A DNA stretch of 64,000 nt from Lingula anatina (Eukaryota; Animalia; Brachiopoda): assembly GCA_051362555.1 (NCBI GenBank), contig CM120641.1, positions 42,538,401 to 42,602,400 on the forward strand, in the 5' to 3' direction. Below the pieces are notes generated by a model. That model was not told the origin of the DNA, ran no database searches, and worked only from the letters and a program-made list of their open reading frames with translations. Positions 53,101 through 64,000 of this stretch are shown here, in pieces. The first letter of the stretch is position 1. Each line of letters begins with the position of its first letter. The position numbers and the translations under genes were made by a program.

Positions 53101-54885
53101 GTGATACATCTGTCCTGAAAATTAACGTCATACGAAATGAGAATGCTCCCATTTTCCCAGCCAGCTATCAGCGCTTTTCTGTCAACATTTCCGAGATCCA
53201 TGATGTTGGAAGAGTGGTTACCCAAGTCCTAGCTGAGGATGAGGATGGAAGGGTAGGGTTTTCTCATTATATCAGACTAGTCAATGAGAAATTTTTATGT
53301 AAAATATATGGGGGTTAACATTTAAAGATTAAAATTTCATTTATACTTTAGGGTTGTAGTTTTGTAGTCCCATATGTTTCTTTGAATACAGTTATTGCTC
53401 TCAGCTCTCATTTGGAAAAAAGTGAAATTCATTTCATACCTGAAAATACACAGGCAAATTATTTTTGGCTGTTAAATATTCATTAAATCATATATTCACA
53501 ATAACAATTATTGAAGGAAGATAATACTTGGCATAAGATGCAATGATTCACTGTGTTTAGCTAAGACAGTATTAAGTTCCCTTGTCGTTGCAGCCTCCTC
53601 AAAATGAAGTGGTGTACACGCTTGCTGGAGATTCCTTGGCAAGGCAGTACTTTGCTATACGCCCAAGCTTACAATCCAACTTTGGAGAGGTGTTTTTGAG
53701 GAATTATTTGACTCAGGACCTGGATCGTAACACTGAATATACTGTGAGTCTCAACCAATGCTGATATAGCATACTCTACACAGTTCTATTGATTGTAGAC
53801 TTAACCTTCTTCTGCATTTTTGTAACATTTTTCAAATTGATTCAATTTATGCTGCAGACGACTCTGTCAGGTTCAGACCTTATACTTGTTTCTTTTGTTG
53901 TTGCTATTATTATACTAATAAAATTGTCAGAATAGACGCTTTTTCTTAACTTAAAGTAAAAACAAAAGTGTCCAAAAAATTTTAATGTAGATGAAAGATG
54001 ATACAGAGGAAAAACCACTAATCTGCACCTGCCATCTATTATGTTAAATATTTACGTTGTATTATTATTTTTTTCAACAGCTGACTATAACAGCCCAGGA
54101 CAAAGGTACCCCACCACGTGATGCGTCGAATTATGCCTTGATTACTGTCTACGTCAGTCGCAACAATTTTGCCCCAAGGTTCATTCAGCAGCCGTATGTG
54201 GCCAATGTCAACATCACTGATGGGGCAGGCAGTTATGTGTACAGAGTTTCTGTAGAAGATAGAGATGATAGTGTAAGCACTGAAGCATTCTGAATCTGTG
54301 TGTATGCTGTTATGTATGTGGGACATTGGTTCAAACAGTTGTTATTGACATAAATGTGTCATTAATGCAATTTAAAAATTATCTGAAATTTTGAGCAATG
54401 ATGTATCTGGCATTATAATGTACAGAATTAGTCAGAATAAGTAAAGTGGCTCCATAATTATGCCTTCTTACTCATTTCATAACCTACATAAATATTCCAT
54501 TTATATGTTTATTAATAAGTAGTTTTGATCTGATCCATGTTTATTAATGAGTATCTGATTGAGAATCTGATTGATCCATGATTATGAATTGATGAACTTG
54601 AACTTGTAGGCTCCGTTCAACCAATGGACCCTGCACATTATTGGTGATGAGGAAGCATCAGCATTCTTCAACATTTCTCAAGATGGAGTTATCCGCCTGA
54701 GACAAAACCTTCCATCGTCTGTCAGGGACTTCTACATGGTACGTGCCGATATAATTTTAAATTGTGCTTTGAAATGGTGTATGCTAAAAAGTATTATGAG
54801 GGAATGTATACAAAATTGTACAGTTATAATGAATGTATAAAAATTCATTAACTTATGTAAGAAGTGTGTATAAGCATACAAAGGC

Positions 54886-54981
<96 letters not shown>

Positions 54982-57900
54982 GCATATGATAATTGGAAAT
55001 TATATAGTTATATACACAATATTATGTGATGATAGTTTTGAATTATAACAAACTTATATTAGGGTTTTAGCTAATTATCATATTTCGGTGTTCTAGGTCC
55101 GTGTTGAAGCAAGAGATGGTGGACGGCCCTCAAGATTTGCTACAGCTACTGTCAAAGTGAACATCAATAGTAACTTTGTCACACCTTCCTTCAACCACTC
55201 ACGGGACATCTACGCCAATGTCAGAAATAACCAGCCTCTGTACCAGCCATTCCTGCAGCTGTTTGCCACTGATAATGACATCAGGGTATGTAGTGTGACA
55301 TTATGATAATGGTTTCTACAGAAACTGCTTTACAAATATAAGCAAATAAAATGTTGAGCTTATTTTTATGTAGAAAAGCAGCTTATGATTACAAAATTTG
55401 TCTATCCCTTACGAGAAAGTCCTATGGGATCCTAAAGATTTTTTCATTAGGGATGTTTATTTCTTGGCATGGTGACTTTGTAGCATTTTTTAATTTGTAA
55501 GAAAAAAATCAATGTCTAGTTGTAAAACTCTCAAATGCGAATAATAGATATATAGATGGTTTAGACATTTCAGAAGTAGTTTTTGTGCCATCATCTTCTC
55601 TTTCCTGTTTGATTTTTTATTTATTTTACCATGTGTTTCTAGCTCCAGGACCGCACTCTTGTCTATAGCATTGAAGGAGAGGGACAGGCGGAGGAATACT
55701 TTGGTATAGATCAACAAAACGGAAAGATCTATCTACTGAAAACTTTATTGGGCACAACAATCAATAACTTTAAGGTAAAACATCACCCATAGGCATTTAT
55801 GTCAGTGGCAACATGCTAACAATATGTCTAGATCTCTTTGTTTGCCCAAATTGTAAAGACCATTTAAAATTGAATATTGAGATGGATATTGACAATATTG
55901 TTATTTTTTCCACATGACACACCCACATTGAATGAGGTATTAAAATGGCATGCTGTATTTACAAACTAACAGAAAAATATGCTTGTGTTGCTTTTATCAC
56001 ATTAATTGTCTGTAAATTTATTAATTTTTTTATTGCACTGTTACATTTGTGGGACAGAGGGCAGTGCTGTTTTATTACCATTTTTTTTAAAAAGTTTGAG
56101 ATATAATAATTGCTGAATTTTTGACATGACAGCTCCAAATAGACAAATTAAGTGAACACTTTCTCATACTGTAAATCTATGAATATATGAAGTTTATTTT
56201 TTTTTCCAGCTGATTGTGAAGGCTACTGACCAGGGAACACTGCCACGATCTGTGACCACCAATGTGTACATCAATGTGCTCAGGGACTCAGGACTGCTAG
56301 GTTTCAATGAAACTATTCGCTCAGTTACCATACCAGAGACGCTGCCAGTGGATGAAAATGTGATCAGACTTCAGGCGTCACCTGGTGTGAGTAGACACAA
56401 GCTAAGACCTGGATATTGTCTTTCTTGACACTAATTATAACTGCACTCTAGCTACTGAAATGTACTAGACCTGGGGCATCTCTTGGAGATGACTCGTAAC
56501 AGCATCATACCGGTTGCTATGACAAAAGTTGCACCAACATAACAGAAGTTTTTTTAAAATAAATTGTTATATTTGTCACCATGATTGCTTATATATGACC
56601 CAAAACAACACAGTATCATCACCTTTTATACAATTGTTGCTTTCATTTCTTATAGCAAATAATGTAGAAAGAAAACTTTTTTCATATGGCAAAAATAAGG
56701 CATTACACCAAATAGTATGTCCAAATAAAATTATAAACATTCTGTCAACTTTTCAGCCTCGCATAACATATCATCTGACAGGATATGATTCAGGGCCCAA
56801 GTTTTTCAAAGTTGATTCTGTGACAGGACAGATCAAAGTGAGATCAAGCCTGGAGAGAGATTTGGCAAAACAAGAGCAATATACTGTAAGTGACAAGCAG
56901 TGATAGAGAAAGCATACTGTTTTAACAGTGTTTCAAGTTGTTGTATGGTTTCTTTTCATTGAAATAAACATAATTTTATGTGGAGACTTTGGATCGCATG
57001 AAGTAATTGATTAGCTATTATCACTGTAATTGTTGCCCCACATTACTGCTTTATACTGATTATATAATTGGTAAAATTATAGTGTAAACCTTAAGGTAAA
57101 CTGACATTCATCTTTTTACTGCCTCATCTACTATACGGAAATTAAATATCACTTCCTGAAGTGGAAAAATGTGCAGAAAGCAGAAAAAGTTACATACATA
57201 ACCATTCTCCAAGAAAATAGTAGATATATAGAACTCACTGTCTTGTTCTTATTTCAGCTTATCGTGGAGGCAAGGAAGTCATTTGAGGTTAACATTCAGA
57301 CGGCAACAACCACAGTTCTGGTCAACGTGATCAGGAACGAGAATCCTCCATTGTTCAACCCAAGATACTACCAAAAGAATGTCACTGATACATTTGCACT
57401 TGGAGGACTTGTGGTACAAGTGATTGCTTCTGACAGAGATGGAGTAAGTTGTGAATATAATAGGGATTTTTTATGATAAGCAGGAGAAAGGATGTATCTG
57501 CAACAGTTACAATTAACATTAACATTGCCAGTATAGTGGTACTGTTGTATACAGTTGTACTTGTCACATACAATTACAATCTTAGGTGTCTTGTGAAATA
57601 GTGAAAAAAATTTAAACTGAGAAACAAGACACTTATAATCAAAAGTTTCATTTTTTCCCATCCCTTATTGTCAAAATGTAATTTGAGATATAACAAAAAA
57701 ATTACAGAAATTTTTTGGGGTTGCTCTAAAAATCTGTCTTCAGTGTGAATACTTATGTTTGTTGACCACTAGGTGGATCTTTGATCAGCAGTTGTACGAA
57801 CCAAGTCACCATCTTCCCCGTCATGCTTTATTGTTTTGCTCTCCTTTTTTTCATTTTAATATATTCCTTTGTTTTTCATTTTTAGCACTCTCACCTATGG

Positions 57901-60900
57901 TGTCCATATTTTTTGCACCTCTCTCCTAGTTTACCATCAATTTTGGATGATAAAAATTAAAACTTTGTTAGAAAATGTTCAAAGCACATTCAGATGAAAC
58001 TATATGATTCTGCTTCATGGTGATATGCTTTGAGACACAAGTTGGTAATTGATGGAAAGCCACACATTGATGAAAACTTTAATTTTTTCACTGCAGGATA
58101 AAATCACTTATGAGATTCCCAATACTGTCAGTAACAGACTTGGAAGCAATTACTTCTATGTCCATCCAGATGATGGAATTATTTATTTGAAGCAAGGATT
58201 TCCACGACAAGGAACAATGAACATTACAGTAAGTTCTCACCAAGAGATAAAACGTTCATAATAATTTCTTAAATTTGAATAGATAGACTTGTATTGAAAT
58301 ATATATTCATGTTGTCGGATGATTTTTTAATGTATTTTTGCTCATTTATTTGTATTTTATTAGTAGATTTCTGTTTTTTTTTGTGAAAATTATGAAATAT
58401 AAGAAATTAAAGCTATCTGCCATGCTTTTTCCATGAGATGTGAAAAACTGGACTAGATATGATGTATTTGATGAATAGGTGACAGTCGTGACTGCTCGGT
58501 TCTAAAACTTGGACATTATTTTTTTTTTTCAACTTTTCTATTTGAGAAATTAAGCCTTAATTATGAAGCTTAACATTGGTATGCCTTCAACAACACTATA
58601 AGCACTCATATTTGTACCAAACATTTTGCTTTTCTTCTTCAGTTCAGCGTGTTGGCTTATGACAAGGGTGGCAAGAATGACACGGCTATTGTGAGGGTCT
58701 ACGTCATCCCCGACCCCACGTCCCCAGTATTCCTGAACACCCCATACACCCTGAATATCTCAGAGACAGTGTTACCAGGGGTGGTCATATATCGCAGAGT
58801 CAGGGCTGCCCTCACTTCGGTAAGTAAAATATGTAGTATTTTTTAGAACTAAAAATACTTATTTCGTATCGTCAAGTTGGGATGATGGAAAATACAGCTT
58901 CATTAGAGAATCATTAGCGGCACGTAGATGAAACTACTCTGCTTTGTAGTTTATTTTAAAGGTAATTTCTGCAAGTAGTCAAATTAAGAAATAGTTATAT
59001 TGAACTACAGTGCTATTCAAAGTCAGTATTGAACTTGAAGTCAGTTTAATAACTATAATATCACTTTGATACTCTTTTGTTTCAGGGCACCTTGCGGTAT
59101 GAACTGGCTCCCTCTGGTATTGCACCAGTTTTCTTTAACATCAATAGAACCACTGGTGATATCAATATAAGATATGACCTCAGGGCTGATAGACAACTCA
59201 TCTATAGAGTAAGTGTAATGTGGTTTTGTGAGCCATTGTCAGGATCACAGTTTTCAAAATATTATTATCATAAATCTGAAAAGGAAAATAGTAACTTCTG
59301 ATATCTTTTTGGAAACAATTAGTAGAAAATGCCAAAAAATTAAGGTGTGTCATGAACCTCTTATTTTTTAAAAAAAATTTTGTCTCTGATTTGATGAATT
59401 CAAAACTGATACATTATCATTCTAGCTGAAAATCCGTGCCTTTGATGTGAACAGTCCGGAGCGTGAGAGTTATGAAGATATGATCATCTATGTGCAGAGG
59501 AATGTCAACCCTCCTGTGGTGTATGTGCCAGACAGAGCATACATAAGTCTTACAGTCAATGAAAGTCTGCCTGTGGGGTCCCAAGTCTTCCAGATCTTTG
59601 CTAATGATTCAGATGGGGTAGGTGTTTTTAATTTTAAAGAAGGTGACATATGATTATTTTGATTCCCAAAATTATGTTGTGTTTGAGCTTTTCAGTATTA
59701 AGCATAAAGTTCAGCTTTGCCATAATTGTCTTGCTTCTCATTTTGATATTTGTGCTGTTAGTCATGGGTTTGAATGATATGCTTTACACACAGCATCATA
59801 ATACATGTAGTAGCAAATGTTAATGTGTATCAAAGTTGTATACAATATTATCAGTCATGCTGGTTTTCAATTTTGAATGAGAAGAATCAATCAGTAAATG
59901 CTTCTGTTGTATTTTTCAGGACAATCTGATCTATGAGTATTTTGCCAATACTCTGAGTAGTGCCAGGCAATGGTGGTACCTCAACCCATCCACTGGCACG
60001 ATTACCCTTGCTAGGCCTCTCTCTGATTCTAATGTTCGCCAGTACAGAGTAAGTTTATTCTGAGGCCACATTCAACCTGAGTTGGCCAAGTCATTTCCCA
60101 AAAGATAAGAACATATAAAGCTTTTAAAAACAACAGTAGCCATAAATTTACTTTACCTAAACTGAAAACTTTGTTTGTGTCCTCATTTATACCATATTGC
60201 CTTTTAAAATAACCATGTTTCTAAAACATCAATAACATCAGATACGGTTTTCTTCACAGGACTGGATAGCACTGTATGAGGCCAATCATAATTCCATGTT
60301 TTATTTCCAGCTTTACATCATAGTGAAGGATGATGTTATCCCACATGAAGTCCAGAGAATGAGCAGTATCATCAACGTCGACATCAGGGTGTTGAAGAAT
60401 GTGTTCCCACCAACATTTGGAAACGACACCTTCTCTGTGACCATCAATGAATCCTGGCCTATTGGATCCACTGTGATGATTATGCAGGCTATTGACTCAG
60501 ACACAGAGGTAAACTAGCTCCTACAGGGATTTATTACATATCTAGTCTCTGCTTCTTAGGGAGTTAGTGGACTTGTAAGCCCAAGGGAATATATTTGTCA
60601 GTGATATTACTGTGGCATGCAGTATTTACTACTTGGAATATTTAGGAGGTTTAGAAAAGTACAACTGTAACCATGGGCTATATTGGAAACAATTTAAAAG
60701 CATGCAGTGTTCTTCAAATGCATGTATAGTATTTGCTGCATATGGCAACTACATGAAGACAGTATTCGAGTTACTTTTTGATAAGTTGTCCTTCAAACAT
60801 TTAAATCATGTGAAAAAATATATTCCACTAGTTGCCAAACAGCTCTTTTAATAATGCTTGCCATTACTTTTTCAAATTACAGGAGATATACCGCACAGTG

Positions 60901-63900
60901 ACATATAATATTGTCGATGATGGCAGACGTCCCAAATTGTTTGATATCAACCAGTACACAGGGGTCATCAGGGTCAGCAACAACCTGACTCTGGATGATA
61001 ATGAATACTACACTGTAAGTATGAGGCTTTTTTTAACTGTTTTGAATATTATGTATTAAGTTACAATTGAGATTCTACACCAAATTCAGTGAAAATGTTC
61101 CAGTCTCTAACTGAGTTAAAACAACTTACACTGATCAGAATATGAAAGTTAAAAATACACAGATTTAAGTACCTATGTGGAATATGTGGCTGTATTACTA
61201 TATAATCAAACAATTTCATATAACTTGTTATGCATCTATTTCCATATTATTATCAGTCTTGTTTCAACATGTAATGTAAATATATTTCAGTTAAGTATAT
61301 TAGCCTCAGATGCAGGCACCCCAGCCAAGACCACCAATGCTGTGGTTAATGTGCGAGTTCTACGCAACTTATACAGACCAGAATTCAATCCAGCTATATA
61401 TACTGAGACCATAAGAGAGTATATAACTTTGGGTGAACCGTTCCTTTATCTCAACACAACAGATCTGGATTATAGGGTAAGCTAGACACAATGGCACATC
61501 TAGCACACCCAATTAAGGTGCCAGAACACCTAACACAATAGCAGATCTTACATACTGTCACACCTAACACATTTACCAAGATGAGCATATCACTTTCCAG
61601 GCAAAACATATTGTTTTTTAATTCCTGAAGACAAAGTTACACCTATACTGCTTAATCCAGATTGTTTTATTGTCCACTTCCTCAGCCATTCCTAGAAAAT
61701 CTGGACATCTTAATCATTGAAGTCTTTTGCTCTAAGTTTGATGCAATACTTACTTAGGTGAATGCAGCTATTTTTACATTAATTTATTAGCATTGGCAAG
61801 ACTTTTTCAGTAGGTAAGAAAACTATACTCCTAGTTTTGCAAACAGGGTGACTGCAAAAGTGGACATTACGGACAACAGGTTTTCGGATTTTTTTGCAAC
61901 AAACTTGACAATGAGAATACTTATCACCACATAAACATTTTGAGAATGTCTGATAGACAGTGAAATTTCATGCTGAGAAGAATAATTAGAAAACTACCAT
62001 TAGGGCCATCTGGTTGTTTCTGTACTAAGTAGAACTGCAGGCCAGTTGTTTTGTTTTTCTTTTTACAGATACCATACAACAGGGTGTATTGCAGGTTTGC
62101 ACCAGGCACAAGTGCTAAAGTGCGTGAATTTTTCAACATAAATGAGAGGGACTGCTCTATATATGTGCACAAGGACCTACGAGCTGATTCTGCAAGGACC
62201 AGGAATATCAACGTAATGCAATAAAACAAAAAGCTTGAACTAGAAAATTGGTTTAATTCTAGTTTCAGTGTATGAATTGTGCAATATGAAAAAAATTATC
62301 ACTACAGATTTTGATTTTGGAAAAGGCAACTTGTTGCTCAGATAAAAGAAATATTTATTTCTGTCTACACCTTTTCCCTCTGTAAAACATTTCAACTGTG
62401 ACAGCATGATTTTTTTGTAGAAAAGATTAGCTGTAGCACCATAGCTTAGCTCTAGAAGTGAATTGGCAGTAATGAAAGCTATTAAACATCTAAAAGAGAG
62501 AAAATATTTTAGAGTATAAACCATTTGTGTTTTATAAGCAGTCATTTTGCGTTGCTTTTCCTTCATCTTTTGTATAACTAATCTAATGCTTTTCTTTTGG
62601 CTTATGTTATATGGGCAGAGCAACCTGTTTATATCTGTTGCTCAAAAATAATTTATATTCTAATGTGATTTTCTGCTTTCTTCCCTCAGTTTTTCATACA
62701 AGCCTACGATGGGGGCAACCCAGCACTCTACTCTCTGATCAATGCCCGTGTGAATGTTTTGATAGAGAGGAACAACCACTGCCCACAGTTCAATCCCAAT
62801 GGTTACACCACTGGAGCAAACCAGACTGCTTCCAATGGCAGTGCTGTGTATGTGCTGCAGGCTCTTGACAGAGATACTCGCGTAAGTTTAAGAACAATAT
62901 CTGGATGTGCATAATAGGATTTAACTTATTTAGGTTATGCCGTGCACAGGAGACCTTTATTTTGGCAAAAAATAGAACGGATTTTCCTAGAAATTTTGGT
63001 AACTTCTTCTAAATCACCAAGGTATACCCTATCCAAAACTGTGGAGAAATTTGCAATCTTTTTATCCCTTTTTTTTAGTTTAGACTTCCAAACGATAACT
63101 CAAATTTTGACACCTATAAGAAAACCAAACCAAGTTTTAATACTGTATATAGCGTATAGGCATACTGTAAAAATGTGGATTAAATACTGTTTCAGTACTT
63201 GTTAATGACACCATGACCTTTTTCCTTCCAGTCTCCTTTCAATACTCTCAGCTATGAGATAATTGGGGATGGGAGAGCACCAGCATTCTTCCACATCAAC
63301 CCTCTGTCTGGTAGAATCTTCCTCAAAGAGAGTTTGCTGCCTGACACAGCCGAGACATACTCAGTAAGTGGTCTCTAAGAGTAGTGTTTTCAGGAAACCA
63401 AACAGGTGTTTGTGTCATTGTCCATGTTAGGTTGATAAATTAGAAACCAATGTATGTGTACACAGTGTAAACTTCGTGTGCAAGTGATGGTGATTTCAGG
63501 TAACTATAAAATTACTGTATTTATTTATGATATTATTTTATGTACAGATGTTAAGCAGTCCATTCACCCATAGTGATTTTCAGTATAAAAAGGGGGTAGC
63601 CATGGAGTAATGGTTAGCCATGGACTAAACAAGCATGTAATGAAAAAAGATTTACTTAGTACATTTCTTATAATTGAATATATAACTCATGATTACATCC
63701 TGTAGGTTCGTGTGGTGGCTAAAGATGGAGCAGTTCCACCTTGCTCGGCCACCACAGTGGTCAGTGTTAGGGTCAGCAGGAATGACCACGCCCCAGTCTT
63801 TGTGGGTTCCCGTTCACTAAACATTACCATACTGGAGACACACAACAGACAGACGCCTATCAATGGAGTGCCTATTACAGCCAATGATATAGACTCTCAG

Positions 63901-64000
63901 GTAACTACTGTAATTTGGGATATGGATGAATAAATAGGTTCTTAGGATTGTTGTATATATGTATAACTCTGTGTTTGCAGGTAAATTCAGATTTATTTTT
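26361..64000 (+). CDS. Giant protocadherin-15/Cad99C-like cadherin, at least 34 EC repeats, >3,770 aa; 3' end (including any TM) lies beyond the window
   Basis: Phase-consistent GT-AG exons: 26361-26460, 29459-29539, 29826-30013, 30359-30427, 30773-30877, 31183-31290, 31694-31813, 32369-32527, 33026-33119, 33382-33494, 33772-33975, 34318-34449, 34731-34886, 35118-35320, 35722-35854, 36121-36203, 36450-36549, 36920-37051, 37357-37415, 37893-38139, 38411-38614, 38971-39084, 39498-39635, 39861-40046, 40403-40531, 40982-41161, 41396-41578, 41933-42124, 42426-42743, 43222-43359, 44165-44356, 44820-44951, 45369-45566, 46036-46164, 46398-46592, 46888-47019, 47177-47371, 48062-48193, 48724-48915, 49229-49873, 50249-50704, 51058-51384, 51634-51936, 52403-52726, 53061-53252, 53594-53743, 54081-54272, 54610-54738, 55097-55285, 55643-55774, 56210-56386, 56757-56885, 57258-57443, 58097-58228, 58643-58819, 59086-59208, 59426-59617, 59920-60048, 60311-60508, 60883-61014, 61291-61476, 62069-62212, 62690-62881, 63232-63363, 63706-63900, 63981->64000. 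Cadherin motifs DKNDNAPEF, LDYE, LDRE, DANDNSP, DINDNNP, ATDxD, AxDxGxP. Confidence 0.95.
32369..33975 (+). CDS. EC2-EC3 region carrying the PCDH15/Cad99C signature
   Basis: ILDGDDLPPVFTYAGCVAYEDLCINPQYTARV…GVLNIEPEPIVAVDRD…IKYSFVDGTPSNYSSYFQID…AEE…NPPSI. The DGDDL.P.F linker followed by a two-Cys loop (C…..C.NP.Y.A) is what I recall from PCDH15/Cad99C EC3. Confidence 0.8.
40243..40312. repeat. (AAT)n microsatellite
   Basis: Directly visible, intronic. Confidence 0.95.
47122..47170. repeat. (TTA)n microsatellite abutting a splice acceptor
   Basis: Runs directly into ttccag (47171-47176). Confidence 0.95.
50943..51045. repeat. 45-bp tandem repeat (~2.3 units) in intron 3' end
   Basis: cacctaacacaattctgtatagcataacccattgygatgytgtc starts at 50943, 50988 and 51033. 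Confidence 0.9.
54890..54977. repeat. (CT)n microsatellite
   Basis: Directly visible, intronic. Confidence 0.95.

Noticed and set aside
63594-63626. tagccatgga repeated twice, as a possible second P-type footprint
   Set aside because: No clean inverted repeat between the direct repeats; compatible with a simple short duplication.
26361-64000. Calling the cadherin Fat/Fat4, Dachsous or a clustered-protocadherin array
   Set aside because: The N-terminus has the PCDH15/Cad99C-type signature. Fat and Dachsous keep mostly canonical DxNDN linkers. There is only one signal peptide and one continuous frame, not multiple variable exons.

Overview
Intron-rich, AT-rich animal genomic DNA, probably lophotrochozoan/mollusc-like (an inference from gene content and repeat types). 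I found no prokaryotic features, CRISPR arrays, rRNA or tRNA genes. Most six-frame ORFs are spurious or are exon fragments extended into introns. Three genes could be assembled by hand from GT-AG splice sites and reading-frame phase. (1) A minus-strand interleukin-17 receptor (IL-17RA-like: two FnIII-like domains, Thr-rich stalk, TM, SEFIR plus C-terminal extension) at about 9.0 kb to <1, which runs off the left edge. (2) A small five-coding-exon orphan gene on + (11633-13005). Its 210-aa frame is broken only by a 29-bp hairpin-plus-direct-repeat insertion that resembles a P-element excision footprint. (3) A giant cadherin on + (ATG 26361, at least 65 coding exons, >3,770 aa, still open at the right edge). 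Its N-terminus is protocadherin-15/Cad99C-like, but it has at least 34 cadherin (EC) repeats instead of 11. From EC9 onward the linkers lack the canonical DxNDN Ca2+ motif (mostly 'RN'). The repeats alternate as an A/B doublet encoded by phase-0 half-domain exons, with a local cluster of missing introns. Several MITEs, tandem repeats and microsatellites lie in introns and intergenic DNA.
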